From: an uncultured Chloroflexia bacterium
Lineage (GTDB): Bacteria > Chloroflexota > Anaerolineae > CG2-30-64-16
DNA length: 64,000 bases
Assembly: GCA_963810095.1 (NCBI GenBank)
Contig: CAWEMM010000006.1
Span: forward strand, 352,001 to 416,000
Reading direction: 5' to 3'
Every line of letters starts with the position of its first letter. The first letter of the stretch is position 1. This document shows, piece after piece, positions 24,287 to 35,281 of the stretch. The notes under the pieces were generated by a model, which saw nothing but the letters and a program-made list of their open reading frames with translations, did not search any database and was not told the origin of the DNA. The position numbers and the translations under genes were made by a program.

Positions 24287-25712
24287 CTACTGCGGCCGGG
24301 TGTTCTGCCAGATCCATGCCACGAGGTGGAACCCTTGCGCCGAGATGATGGCCCAGCCCGCGGCACGCAAACCCCGTCGCTCTGGCAGGGCGCGCACCAG
24401 TAACCAACCCAGCAGCAGCGCCGTGGGCACTGCGGCCGGCGAGAACAGGTCCCAGTCCTTCTGCCCGCCATAGTCCGCATTCCAGACAAGCGTCAGCACC
24501 AGGTAGAACGCCACCATGAGCGCCAGAAAGACGCCTTCCCGGCCCAAGTTCCGCAACCGGTTCCACCCCAGCACGAGCACCAGCACGAGGGTCAGCCAAA
24601 TCATCGGCGCCACAAGCAACTGCTGGTTCACGATGTCGGCCAGGTGTCCGAGCGAGAACATCGTGTAGTGCTGCCACTCAGTTGTGATTCTGGTCAGCGG
24701 GACGAACCAACTCCGGTCGCCGCCGCCCGGAAAATCCACGCCCATCAGCGCGTCGATCCCGTGCCCGCCGGCGCTCATCAGGGCAACGACGCCGCCCAGC
24801 ACCAGGAGATATGGGATGACGACGCTCAACACCGAGCGCGTATCTATACGCACACTACTGCTCAAGACGTCATGCGAAGGTTGGACGTTCCTTTGGCGTA
24901 CCGCGAAAGATGCGAAAGCGAGATACAGGAGGCTCGGGGCCAAGACAATCGTCGAAGGGTGGAAGGCGTTCGTCAGCGCGAGCGTGGTGGCGGGCCATAC
25001 GAGCGCGGCCTTGCCCCGCAGGCACAGAACCGCGAGGTAAGTATAGATGATCACGCCCAGCGTCATCAGCGAGTAGTTCTCGATGTAGCCGAAGAACAGC
25101 TCCATCGTCCCAAGCGTCAGGACCAGGCCCACGAACAACACGCGCTCTGTGCGGTTGCGGCCCAAGGCCGCGGCCAGCCCAAGGAGCACCCAGACGAAGA
25201 GCATGCCCGCCAGCACGCCGAAGATGCGGTACACGGGGATCGGATCCGGCCACCCGAAGAGTGCGTTCCCGAGTTGAAACGCCTTCGCGTGCACAAACAC
25301 GTCGAGCGGCGCCTGCCACACGTACGTGAGCCGGTAGGGCTCGGGGAGCGCCTTGACCAGGATCACCGCATCGCCCCAACGGAGGTGGCGGATGCGGAAC
25401 AGCACGAAGAACACGCCCGCGAGAATGGAGATCAGAGCCGCGGACCGGAGGCGCTGTGAAGCTGATGCGGCCCAACCCGGCCCGCAACCGGGGCACGCGC
25501 TCCCACAGCCACTCCCCACCCAGCGCAAGCGCCAACGCGACGAGAGCGAACACGACGGCGACCGCGGCCGGCAGATACCTGACCGGCCAGAGACCCCAGG
25601 CCACTTGTTCGGGCAGAAAATACGCCGCGAAGTTGAGCAGGATCATAAACGCCGCCGCGACGCGAATCGCAGCAAGCAGGCGGCGGGAGGTGGGGGAAAG
25701 TGTGTATGGCAT
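24287..25712 (-). CDS. Multi-pass membrane protein, possible GT-C-fold glycosyltransferase, frameshifted
   Basis: Many hydrophobic segments; WGDA, GYIENYS and DWDLFS loop motifs. Confidence 0.55.
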
Positions 25713-25821
25713 CGGATGCTTCGGGCGAACGTTGTCCCGTGATTATACCGCGGCGGCCGCTGGATGCCAACCCGATTTGGTCAATCGCTCTCAAAAGGGT
25801 ACAATGGCCAATACTCGGACG

Positions 25822-27592
25822 ATGATCCTGAAAACGATACTCCTCCACCCCTTGGGTCCCGCGCTGATCCTGATCCTTGGCGGCGCCGTTCTGGCGGTAT
25901 TGCGGCGAATCGTGCGGCGCAGAGCCGTGCTCGCGCAGATGATCGCCGGCCGCCCGCTGAGCGAGCCGCCGAAGTCTCGCCTGATCGAGATCCGTCTGCC
26001 AATTGCGTTGCTCGCCGTGCTGGGTGCGACCGCGCTCCTGGTGTATCTGCGCACACTTTACCCGCGCCCGGTGCTCGCATGGGTGTGGCAGCCCCTGACG
26101 GTGGCGGGCAGCACGCTCGAGTGGCGGCTGGACTCCTGGAACTGGCTGGCGGCAGCGGTCATTCTCGGCCTGACCGCCGTGGCAGCGCTCTATGCCGAAG
26201 CCGTGGCGGCGCTCGAGGGACGTCCGCGCCTCGACGTTTACGGCGCGGACCTGGAGCGAACGCTCTGGCTGGGCGCGGCCGGGTTGTTGTTCGTCGCTTC
26301 CGGCAACCTCCTGACCCTCGCCAGCAGTTGGCTCATCCTGGACGCCGCGCTGGCCGTCCGGCTGCATCTTGATACGGGGGAGGCGGCGACAAATGGGGCC
26401 TCGCTGCCGAAAGCCTCGGCCCGCGCCTGGGGTTCGCTCACGCTGAGCGGTATGCTGATCCTCATCCTGCTCGCTTCGCTGGGGGAAAGCGGCATCCGTT
26501 CTAACCTGACCGCGCCGAAGCTAACCGAGCTTCAGATCACCCTGCTCTGGGTGGCTGCCCTGGTGCGCGCCGGCGTGTACCCGCTGCACTTCTGGCTTTC
26601 GGGTGCGAAAGATGTGTCGCAGTCGAACTGGCTGCCCGTGCAACTCATTGGGGCTTCGGCAGGTCTATGGTTGTTGGGCCAGGTGCATGCACTGGCCGGG
26701 CCGGGTTTCCTGCGCCAACCCGAGTGGATCGCCTTAAGCGCGCTGGCCCTTCTGGGCACCTCGCTGAGTCGCGTGGACGGTGCAGGACGGCAAGGAGCGC
26801 TGGCGATGGATCGCGCTCAATCGCGCCAGCCTGGCGGTCATGGCCGCCTACACCGCAGGGGCGCCGGGGCCAGACGCGCTGGTCTGGTCTCTCGTCACCT
26901 TTGCGCTCGGCTGCGCGCTGCTGGCCGCCGGCCAGGCCCTCGCCGAGCGAAAGGGATGGCGGCTCCCATCGATCCTGGCGGCCCTGGCCCTCTGGGGCAT
27001 GCCGGCGACGGTCGGATTTATGGCCCGCAGCGTGCTGGTCTTTCCAACCGAATCGGCGGTCGCCGCCCCACTGTTCGCGGTCGTCTTGCTGGCCGAGGTA
27101 CTGCTGGTCGCGTCGCTGTGGCAGGCCGTCAACTTCGATTTTGCCCCCCAGGGCGGCACACCGCGGGCGGGCCGCCGGAGCACTGTACTTCTGGCCGTCA
27201 CGGTCGTGGTGCTGGTCGTGCCGCTGGTCGGGTTTGGCGTGTTCCCCCGCACATTGGCGGGTTTGGCCGGCCGGCCGCCCGGGGAAAACCTCGACGGGCT
27301 GCTCGCCGCGGTCTCGCAGACTCGGCGCTCGGTCTGGGCGGGCCTGGCCCTGGCGGCCGTGGCCGGCATCGGTCTGGGCATTTATCGTGAGCGTCTCCTG
27401 AGCCAGGTGCGCGGCTGGCAGGCAGGAATTGCTACCATCGCGAGCCTCGAATGGCTTTACGTTGGCCTGGCCGCGGGCTTCCGGCTTCTCGGCGGCGGCC
27501 TCCGGTACTTTGCGACCCTGGGCGAAGGGGAGGGCTACCTCGGTTGGCTGTTCCTGGCGGCCTTCATCCTGTGGGTCCTGCTTCGCGGATAA
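25822..27592 (+). CDS. Proton_antipo_M (MrpA/D, NuoL/N-like) membrane subunit, degenerate, frameshifted
   Basis: WRLDSW, SGNLLTL..W, RAGVYPLHFWL, LWGMPATVGF. Confidence 0.7.
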
Positions 27593-27607
27593 GCTACGTG
27601 ACGACCT

Positions 27608-28413
27608 ATGTCGCTTGGTGATCTCTTTCGCCAGCTGAGCCTCCTGATCGGCGCCCCTGCCGTGATCCTGGCCGGTATCGGCGCGGTCCTGATCGTCGTG
27701 CCCCGTGACTGGCGGATCGTCCTCTTCGGGTATGCAATCTTGACCGTGATGTTGTCGCTGCTGCTGTCGCAGGTTGTGCCCACCGAGTGGGCGCTGCAGC
27801 AGGCCATTGCGGGCGGGATGGTCGCGATCATGTTGTTTCTTTCGGCGCGCCAGCTGCGCGGTTCGACCCAGATCGGGCTGCCCCGGTCGGCAGCGTGGCC
27901 GCGCGTCGCCTCGCTCACGCCGTTTCGCGCCCTGGCCGTCGGTCTTGCCGCCGTGACGTTCGCGGCCGTCCGCGAGACCGTGAACGTGCCCCTCATTTCT
28001 CCGCTCTTCAGAGATGCCGTGCTCTGGCTGGGGCTGCTCGGGCTGGTGGGCCTGGCGCTGCATGAAGAACCGCTCCATGCAGGCCTCAGCCTGCTTACTT
28101 TCCTGGGCGCAGCCGAACTGGTGATCTTCACGCTGATCCAGCGGCAGATGCTGGTTGGCATCCTGCAGGGCGGCCAGGTGCTGCTCGGGCTGGCCATCGC
28201 GTACCTTGTCGTCGCACACGGCCTTGCGCGCGCCCCGACCCGCTGTGGGATGGAGGTATGGACGATTCGGCCTTGCAGAGTCCCGGCCAGGGTGCGCGCC
28301 TCGAGAGCGCGCGGGGCTCGGGCGCCAGCCCAACCGAGGGCCAGTATACCGGTGAAGGATCGGCGTCCGATGGCATGCCCTCTGAGGCAATCGCCTCCGG
28401 AGGAAGCTCATGA
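27608..28413 (+). CDS. Membrane protein (about 7 TM), middle gene of the antiporter-like module; 3' end uncertain
   Basis: Hydrophobic for about 210 aa, then apparent frameshift; abuts the next ATG. Confidence 0.6.
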
Positions 28414-29810
28414 TCCCCGGTCCGCTGCTCCTGCTGGGTTTGCTGCTCTTTGCAGCGGTGGCCGTGTACATCCTGCGCCGCATCGAGCCGCTCGCCGCAC
28501 TTGTCGCGTCGGGCCTGTCCCTCCTCATTGCCGTTGGCTTATGGCGGCTGCCGCTCAACGCGCCGAGCAAGTTGCTGGGCCGGCCCGTCGCAATGGGCCA
28601 GTTGCTCACCTGGCAGGATGTTTCTCTGCGCATCACGCCGGCCTCCCGGGCCCTGCTGGTCTTCCTGTTTGCCATGGCCGCCGTCGCTTTCATCCTGGCG
28701 TGGCGAACGTACCAGGGGCGCACCTTCTATCCGTTTGGCCTGATCCTGCTCGCGCTGTGGAGCGTGGTCGTGATGCTCCAGCCGCTGACGCTGGCGCCGC
28801 TCGGAGTGGTCCTCGCTGCCATCCTCGCCGTGTTCCTGATCCAGGCCGGTCGTCCCGGTGAGACCCACGGCGCGTGGCGACAGCTCATGTTCCCGACGCT
28901 GGCCGTGCCGTTCTTCCTCGTCGCGGCCTGGTTTATCGAGCAGGCCCCGCTGAACCCAGACGACCAAACGCCGCTTCAAATCGCGGGCTGGCTGCTCATC
29001 GCCGGCTTCGTGCTCCTGATCCAGCCGGCACCGCTTCACGTGGCCGTTCCTGCGGTGGCCGGACAAGCCCCGCCGGTTGTCGCCGCGTTCCTCTGGTCGG
29101 GCGGACAAGCCATCACCCTGTTCCTGCTGCAGCGCTTCCTGGTGACCTACCCCTGGCTCGGGGATGCAGTGGATAGTGCGCGCTGGTTGCTGTGGCTCGG
29201 CGTCTTCACGGCCGTGCTGGGCGGGGTGGTGGCTGCAACCCAACGCCGGCTGGGCCGCATGGCCGGCTACGCCGCGCTGTACGACTACGGCATCCTCATC
29301 GTCGCGCTGGGGCTCCGGGGGACGGCGGGCTTGCCCACGGCCATCTGGCTGCTGGTCACCCGCACATTCTCGCTGTTCACCCTGGCCGCAGGCGCGGCGG
29401 GCATCCGTCACTACATGGCTTCCGATGCTTACGACCGCATCCGCGGCGCAGCTTCCCGGCTTCCATGGGCCGTGGTCGCGCTCATTGCGGGAGGCTTCGG
29501 GCTGGCCGGGCTGCCCCTGACGGCCCAGTTTGCCTCGCGTTGGGCGCTGCTGCAGCTCGTGGGCGAAACCGACCCTCGCTGGGCCATGCTGCTGATCGTC
29601 GGTGCGGTCGGCGTGATTATCGGCGTCGTCCGTGCGGGACAGGCCTGCTTCGGGGAACTGCGGTCGTCGCCGGTCGAACGCGAGCCGGTTCTGCTAGCCG
29701 TGGTGGCCTTCGTCCTGGTTGCGGTGGGCGTGATACTGGGCCTGTTCCCCCAACTGCTGACCGGCCCCGTGGCAGCCGTCATTCTCCCTCTGTCAATCCT
29801 CGAACCCTGA
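28410..29810 (+). CDS. Proton_antipo_M (MrpD/NuoN-like) membrane subunit, degenerate
   Basis: APLHVAVP, TQRRLGRMAGY, GLAGLPLTAQFASRW, GLFPQLL. Confidence 0.75.
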   Translation: MIPGPLLLLGLLLFAAVAVYILRRIEPLAALVASGLSLLIAVGLWRLPLNAPSKLLGRPVAMGQLLTWQDVSLRITPASRALLVFLFAMAAVAFILAWRTYQGRTFYPFGLILLALWSVVVMLQPLTLAPLGVVLAAILAVFLIQAGRPGETHGAWRQLMFPTLAVPFFLVAAWFIEQAPLNPDDQTPLQIAGWLLIAGFVLLIQPAPLHVAVPAVAGQAPPVVAAFLWSGGQAITLFLLQRFLVTYPWLGDAVDSARWLLWLGVFTAVLGGVVAATQRRLGRMAGYAALYDYGILIVALGLRGTAGLPTAIWLLVTRTFSLFTLAAGAAGIRHYMASDAYDRIRGAASRLPWAVVALIAGGFGLAGLPLTAQFASRWALLQLVGETDPRWAMLLIVGAVGVIIGVVRAGQACFGELRSSPVEREPVLLAVVAFVLVAVGVILGLFPQLLTGPVAAVILPLSILEP

Positions 29811-29898
29811 ATCTGATAGGTTTTGAGAGCCCGCGCAGCTTATATTTTCGGAACGCTTGCTAGACCTTCCCCGTTTTTATAGTGGAGACAAGTGAACT

Positions 29899-31218
29899 AT
29901 GGCACGATCTTCGCGCGTCAGCGGTTTCTATAACCTCGCCCCCCTGGAGCGGCAGCGCATCGTGGCGGACTGGGCCGCCATCTCGCCCGAGCAGTCGACC
30001 GCCATCGGGGAACTGTTGGGCGCGCCCGGCGGGCTGACGCTCGAACAGGCCGACAAGATGGTCGAGAACGTGGTGGGCATCTACGGGCTGCCACTTGGTA
30101 TTGCGACCAACTTCGTCGTGAACGGCCGGGATGTGCTGGTTCCGATGGTCATCGAGGAACCCTCGGTGGTGGCCGGAGCAAGCTTTGCAGCACGCCTTGC
30201 GCGTGCCGGCGGCGGCTTCCATGCCGAGAGCACCGAGCCGCTGATGATCGGCCAGATGCAGGTGATCGGTGCGCCCGACCTCGGGGACGCGTGCGAGAAG
30301 GTCGAAGCCGGCAAGCAGCGCCTGCTGGACCTGGCCAACAGCACAGACCCGGTCGTGGTCAGCCTCCACGGCGGCGCGCGCGACGTCGAGGTTCGGGAGA
30401 TCCCCGAAAGCCCGGTAGGGCCGCTGCTAGTGGTTCACCTGATCTACGACTGCCGCGATGCGATGGGCGCAAACATGGTCAACACGGCCTGCGAAGCCCT
30501 CGCGCCGCTGGTAGAAGAGATGACCGGGGGCCGGGTTAACCTGCGCATCCTCTCCAACCTCGCCGACCGCCGGCTTGCGCGTGCACGCTGCGTCGTGCCG
30601 GCCAAGGAGTTGGCCACGGAAGGGATGAGCGGGGAACTGGTGGCGCAGCGGATCGTCGAGGCCTACGCGCTCGCCGCGGTCGACCCGTATCGCGCAGCCA
30701 CCCATAATAAGGGCGTCATGAACGGTGTGGACGCGGTCGTCATGGCGACCGGCAACGACTGGCGAGCCATCGAGGCCGGGGCGCACGCCTATGCAGCACG
30801 GGACGGCCGCTACCGCTCGCTCTCGACGTGGTCCCTCGTCTCTGAGAGCGATGGGATGGGCGCCAGGCTGGTGGGCAGCGTCGAACTGCCGATGGCCGTT
30901 GGCACGGTGGGCGGCGCAACCCGCGTTCATCCCCTGGCCCGCTTCGCACTGCAGCTTATGGGCGTGAAGAGCGCCCGCGAGTTGGCGGAGATCATCGCTG
31001 CCGTGGGGCTTGCGCAGAACCTGGCGGCGATCCGGGCCCTGGCGACCGAGGGCATTCAGAAAGGGCACATGGCCCTGCACGCCCGGCAAGTTGCCATTGC
31101 CGCCGGCGCACAAACAGACGAGGTCGACGCCGTGAGCGCGGTGCTCGTCGCCGAACGCCAGATTCGGGTGGACCGGGCCAAGGAAGTACTCGCGGGAATG
31201 CGAGCGGAAAAGACTTGA
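29899..31218 (+). CDS. mvaA: HMG-CoA reductase (class II)
   Basis: ENVVG, EEPSVVA, DAMGANMVNT, ATHNKG, GTVGG, EGIQKGHM. Confidence 0.93.
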   Translation: MARSSRVSGFYNLAPLERQRIVADWAAISPEQSTAIGELLGAPGGLTLEQADKMVENVVGIYGLPLGIATNFVVNGRDVLVPMVIEEPSVVAGASFAARLARAGGGFHAESTEPLMIGQMQVIGAPDLGDACEKVEAGKQRLLDLANSTDPVVVSLHGGARDVEVREIPESPVGPLLVVHLIYDCRDAMGANMVNTACEALAPLVEEMTGGRVNLRILSNLADRRLARARCVVPAKELATEGMSGELVAQRIVEAYALAAVDPYRAATHNKGVMNGVDAVVMATGNDWRAIEAGAHAYAARDGRYRSLSTWSLVSESDGMGARLVGSVELPMAVGTVGGATRVHPLARFALQLMGVKSARELAEIIAAVGLAQNLAAIRALATEGIQKGHMALHARQVAIAAGAQTDEVDAVSAVLVAERQIRVDRAKEVLAGMRAEKT

Positions 31219-31244
31219 CAAAACCTAGACAAAGTATATATAAT
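31215..31244 (+). promoter_or_regulatory. Sigma70-type promoter for HMGS-thiolase
   Basis: TTGACA-N18-TATAAT in a GC-rich genome; GACAAA repeated at 11-bp spacing. Confidence 0.65.
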
Positions 31245-31343
31245 AGCTATGCAGCTTACAGAGAGTGACCTGTCAAATGGATACTATATTCCCAAGAGAT
31301 AGCGTCGGGCAAAGGCCCGAAGCGGCTGCGGAGGACCAGGGAA

Positions 31344-32392
31344 ATGCTTAACCAACTCGTGATGTTGGCATCGTCGGTTACGGCGCGTACGTGCCGAGAT
31401 ATCGCCTGCCCGCCTCCGAAGTCGCACGTGTGTGGACGGACGGATCGGGCGGCCTCCCGATCAAGGAAAAGGCCGTCGCAGGGCTGGATGAAGACACGCT
31501 GACGATGTCCGTGGAAGCGGCCCGAAACGCCTTGATGCGGGCCCAAATCGATCCGAGCCAGATCCGTGCGGTCTGGGTTGGCAGCGAGTCTCACCCGTAT
31601 GCGGTGAAGCCCACGTCTACCATCGTCGCCGAAGCCATCGGCGCGGCCCCGTATACGCAGGCGGCCGACCTCGAGTTTGCTTGCAAGGCGGGCAGCGAAG
31701 CAATCGTCATGGGCATGGGCATTGTCGGCTCGGACATGGGCCGCTACGTGCTGGCGATCGGGATGGACACGGCCCAGGGGCGGCCTGGCGACGCATTAGA
31801 GTACACGGCGGCTTCCGGGGGCGCGGCCTATATTATCGGTCCCGCGGAAGAAAGCGTCGCCGTATATGAAGCGGCCCTGTCGCACGTCACGGATACGCCC
31901 GATTTCTGGCGCCGGGCCTACTCGCACTACCCGAGCCACGGTCACCGCTTCACGGGCGAGCCGGCGTACTTCGAACACATCGTGAGCGCGGGACAGGAGC
32001 TGATGCAGGAGTTGGGCACCCAGCCGTCCGACTACAAGTATGTCGTGCTGCACCAGCCCAACACCAAGTTTCCGCAGCGGGCGGCGCAACTCCTCGGCTT
32101 TGCGCCTGAACAGCTCAAGACGGGGCTGCTGTGCCCCGTCATCGGCAATACCTATGCGGGCTCGTCGCTCATCGGCCTGACCGCAATCCTGGACGAGGCC
32201 CAGCCCGGCGACCGCATTTTCATGGTCTCCTTCGGCTCGGGCGCCGGCTCTGATGCTTTCTCGCTGCACGTGACCGACCGCATTCTCGAAGTGCGCGACC
32301 GGGCGCCGAAAACGCAGGAATACATCGGGCGCCGCAAAGTGATTGATTATGCGACTTACGTGCGTTTCCGCCATAAGCTGCAGATGAACTGA
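31344..32392 (+). CDS. HMG-CoA synthase, archaeal type (likely frameshift at the extreme 5' end)
   Basis: [49 protein letters not shown]. Confidence 0.92.
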
Positions 32393-32400
32393 GGCAACAA

Positions 32401-33549
32401 ATGAGAGACGTTGTCATTATTGGGGTAGGGCAAACGCGCGTCGAGGAGCACTGGAGCCGCTCGCTCCGTCACCTGGCACACGATGCCATCATGGCGGCCA
32501 TGCGCGATGCGGACATCGAAACCGCGGACGCGCTGTACGTCGGCAACATGCTGTCGGGCGAGCTAAGCGGGCAGGAGCATGTGGGTGCGCTCGTCGCCGA
32601 TTTTATCGGATTGCGCGGCATCGAAGCGATGAAGGTGGAAGCGGCCTGCGCTTCGGGCGCGGCAGCCCTCCGGGTGGGCATGTTCGCCGTTGCCAGCGGC
32701 ATGCACGAGATCGTGATGGTGGCGGGCGTCGAAAAGATGACCGACGCGGTCAGCGACGTGGTGACCTCGGGGCTGGCCATGGCGGCCGACCAGGAGTACG
32801 AGGTCAGCCAGGGCATCAGCTTTGTGGGGCTGAATGCGCTGCTGATGCGGCGCTACATGCACCAGTACGACGTTAAGCACGAGCATTTCGCCGGCTTCGC
32901 CGTCAATGCCCACAAGAACGGGGCGAACAACCCGAACGCGATGTTCCAGAGCCCGATCAAGGCGGAGACGTATCTGCGGGCCGGCATGATTGCCGATCCC
33001 ATCAACCTGATGGACTCGAGCCCGGTGTGCGACGGCGCGGCGTGCCTGATCCTGGCCCCGGCCGATCACTATCGCTCGAAGGCCAAGGCGCACATCCTGG
33101 CGTCTGCCGTGGCGACCGACAGCCTGGCGATCCACGACCGCCGCGATCCACTGACGCTTGACGCCGTCGCCATCTCAAGCCAGAAGGCATACGCCCAGGC
33201 ACGACTGACGCCGGCCGACATCAACCTGTTCGAAGTGCACGACGCGTTCACCATCATGGCGGCTTTGTCGCTCGAGGCGTCGGGCTTCGCACCTAAAGGC
33301 CGGGGGGTCTGCCTGGCCGTCGACGGCGAGATCGGCATCGACGGCCACCTGCCGATCAGCACGATGGGCGGACTCAAGGCACGGGGTCATCCCGTGGGTG
33401 CCACGGGGGTGTACCAGGTGGCCGAGGTCGTAGCCCAGTTGACCGGCACGGCCGGCAAGAACCAGGTGCCGGGCGCGCGGATCGGGATGGCCCAGAACAT
33501 CGGCGGCAGCGGCGCGACGGTCATCACGCATATTCTTGGGGCAGTATGA
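32401..33549 (+). CDS. Acetyl-CoA C-acetyltransferase (archaeal/SCP-x-type thiolase)
   Basis: EAACASG, GVEKMTD, EVHDAF, GGLKARGHPVGATG, NIGG. Confidence 0.92.
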   Translation: MRDVVIIGVGQTRVEEHWSRSLRHLAHDAIMAAMRDADIETADALYVGNMLSGELSGQEHVGALVADFIGLRGIEAMKVEAACASGAAALRVGMFAVASGMHEIVMVAGVEKMTDAVSDVVTSGLAMAADQEYEVSQGISFVGLNALLMRRYMHQYDVKHEHFAGFAVNAHKNGANNPNAMFQSPIKAETYLRAGMIADPINLMDSSPVCDGAACLILAPADHYRSKAKAHILASAVATDSLAIHDRRDPLTLDAVAISSQKAYAQARLTPADINLFEVHDAFTIMAALSLEASGFAPKGRGVCLAVDGEIGIDGHLPISTMGGLKARGHPVGATGVYQVAEVVAQLTGTAGKNQVPGARIGMAQNIGGSGATVITHILGAV

Positions 33550-33560
33550 GACGAGTTTTT

Positions 33561-33620
33561 AGCACAAAGACACCAAGCCACAAAGCTTCAGAACCGTTGT
33601 GCCTTCGTGTCTTTGTGTTA
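33561..33620. repeat. CACAAAG/CTTTGTG periodic palindromic repeat, copy 2
   Basis: CACAAAGACACCAAGCCACAAAG..CTTCGTGTCTTTGTG. Confidence 0.7.
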
Positions 33621-33736
33621 GCGGTCACTCTCTCGCCTGTCAAAAGCTATCATCGCTGGTGAAAAAGGGTACGCTGGTAGATTCTGAAGGGCCAGCTTGT
33701 GTATATTAGAGCGCAGAACTCATAGCACCAGGAGGA

Positions 33737-34144
33737 ATGAGTATGTCTATTCCGCGAAATTGGCGAACCCGACAACAACGCTACAGCCTGAAGGCTGAAG
33801 TTTGCAATACGTGCCACAAGGCCATCTTCCCGCCGCGCGACGTTTGCCCCCACTGCGCCTCCGAGAAGCAGAGCTGGACGAACTTGAGCGGGCAGGGCGA
33901 GGTTTTCTCGTTCACCACCATGTACAACGCACCGTCGGGGTTCGAGGAATACGCGCCGTACACCATGGCGCTGGTCAAGCTCGCCGAAGGACCGATGGTC
34001 ACCGCACAGCTCACCGACGTGGACGCGCAGGACGTCAAGATCGGCATGCCCGTCGAGATGGTCACCCGCAAGCTGACCCAGGAAGGCGAGGAAGGCCAGA
34101 TCCTGTACGGTTACAAGTTCCGGCCGCTCTTGCAGACCGCGTAA
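33737..34144 (+). CDS. DUF35 Zn-ribbon/OB-fold scaffold protein
   Basis: CNTC..FPPR..CPHC, OB-fold, YGYKFRP. Confidence 0.92.
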   Translation: MSMSIPRNWRTRQQRYSLKAEVCNTCHKAIFPPRDVCPHCASEKQSWTNLSGQGEVFSFTTMYNAPSGFEEYAPYTMALVKLAEGPMVTAQLTDVDAQDVKIGMPVEMVTRKLTQEGEEGQILYGYKFRPLLQTA

Positions 34145-34180
34145 GCGGCGAGCGCCTGAGCCTGATTGTTGAAATGCCAC

Positions 34181-34212
34181 GAGGGGCTGTCCGCCAGGAC
34201 GCCCCTCTTTTT
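34181..34212 (+). terminator. Intrinsic terminator after DUF35
   Basis: GAGGGGC..GCCCCTC followed by TTTTT. Confidence 0.75.
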
Positions 34213-34271
34213 GTTGTCCTCCACCCCCGGCCGTCCGCCGTGATATAATCTCTCCAGCACCCGAGCATCCG

Positions 34272-35279
34272 ATGGAGGGCACGATGGCGAAAGAAGCAGC
34301 CGAGAAGCCGGTGGTTGGCGTCGATCTGGGCGGCACGAAGGTCCTCGCGGGCGTCGTCGATCGCGACTACCAGATCCTGGCGACTGCGAAGAAGGCGACC
34401 AAGGGCGAGATGGGCGTCGACGCAGTCGTCGAGCGCATCGCAAAGACCGTGCGCGAGGCGATCAAGGGCGCGGGCTTGCAGCTTGCCGACCTGGGCGGCG
34501 TCTGCTCGGGCGCACCGGGCGCGCTGAACCCGCAGGACGGCATCGTGCGCTTCGCACCGAACATCGAGGGTTGGGAGAACATCCCGTTCGCCCACCTGCT
34601 CAGCGAACAGCTTGGCAACGTGCCCGTGTTCATCGAGAACGACGCGAACCTGGGCGCACTGGGGGAACTGACGCTCGGCTCGGCCCGTGGGGTGCGCAAC
34701 CTGGTGGGTATCTTCGTGGGCACGGGCATCGGCGGGGGCATCGTGCTCGACGGGAAAATCTGGCATGGCTCGCACATGACTGCGGGCGAGCTGGGCCACA
34801 TGGTGATCCTGGCCGAGGGCCCCGTCTGCGGATGTGGGAACCGGGGTTGCCTTGAGAGCGTGGCAAGCCGGACCGCCATCGAACGCGACATCCGGCTTGG
34901 CGTGCGGACGGGCCGCAAGAGCATGATCCCGGACCTGATGAAGGGGGACCTGGGCGCCCGCATTACTTCAGGCGTGATTGCCGCGGCTTACAACGCACAT
35001 GACCCGCTGGTTACTGAAGTGATCGAGCGCGCGCAGCACTACCTCGGCATCTTCATCGGCGCGGTCATCAACTTCATCGATCCGGATATGGTCGTGGTCG
35101 GTGGCGGGGTGGCCGAGGCGCTTGGCGAGCAATATGTCGAGCCGGTGCGCGACGTGGCGTATCAGTATGCGATGAACCGTCGCGACGCGCGTGAGATTAA
35201 GATCGTTCTGGCCGAGCTGGGAGATCATGCTGCGCTGCTGGGCGCGGCCGTGTACGCCCGGCAGCGGCTAGGAGCATAG
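34272..35279 (+). CDS. ROK family sugar kinase (glucokinase-like)
   Basis: GVDLGGT, ENDAN, GTGIGGG, GELGH, CGCGNRGCLE. Confidence 0.92.
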   Translation: MEGTMAKEAAEKPVVGVDLGGTKVLAGVVDRDYQILATAKKATKGEMGVDAVVERIAKTVREAIKGAGLQLADLGGVCSGAPGALNPQDGIVRFAPNIEGWENIPFAHLLSEQLGNVPVFIENDANLGALGELTLGSARGVRNLVGIFVGTGIGGGIVLDGKIWHGSHMTAGELGHMVILAEGPVCGCGNRGCLESVASRTAIERDIRLGVRTGRKSMIPDLMKGDLGARITSGVIAAAYNAHDPLVTEVIERAQHYLGIFIGAVINFIDPDMVVVGGGVAEALGEQYVEPVRDVAYQYAMNRRDAREIKIVLAELGDHAALLGAAVYARQRLGA

Positions 35280-35281
35280 CC

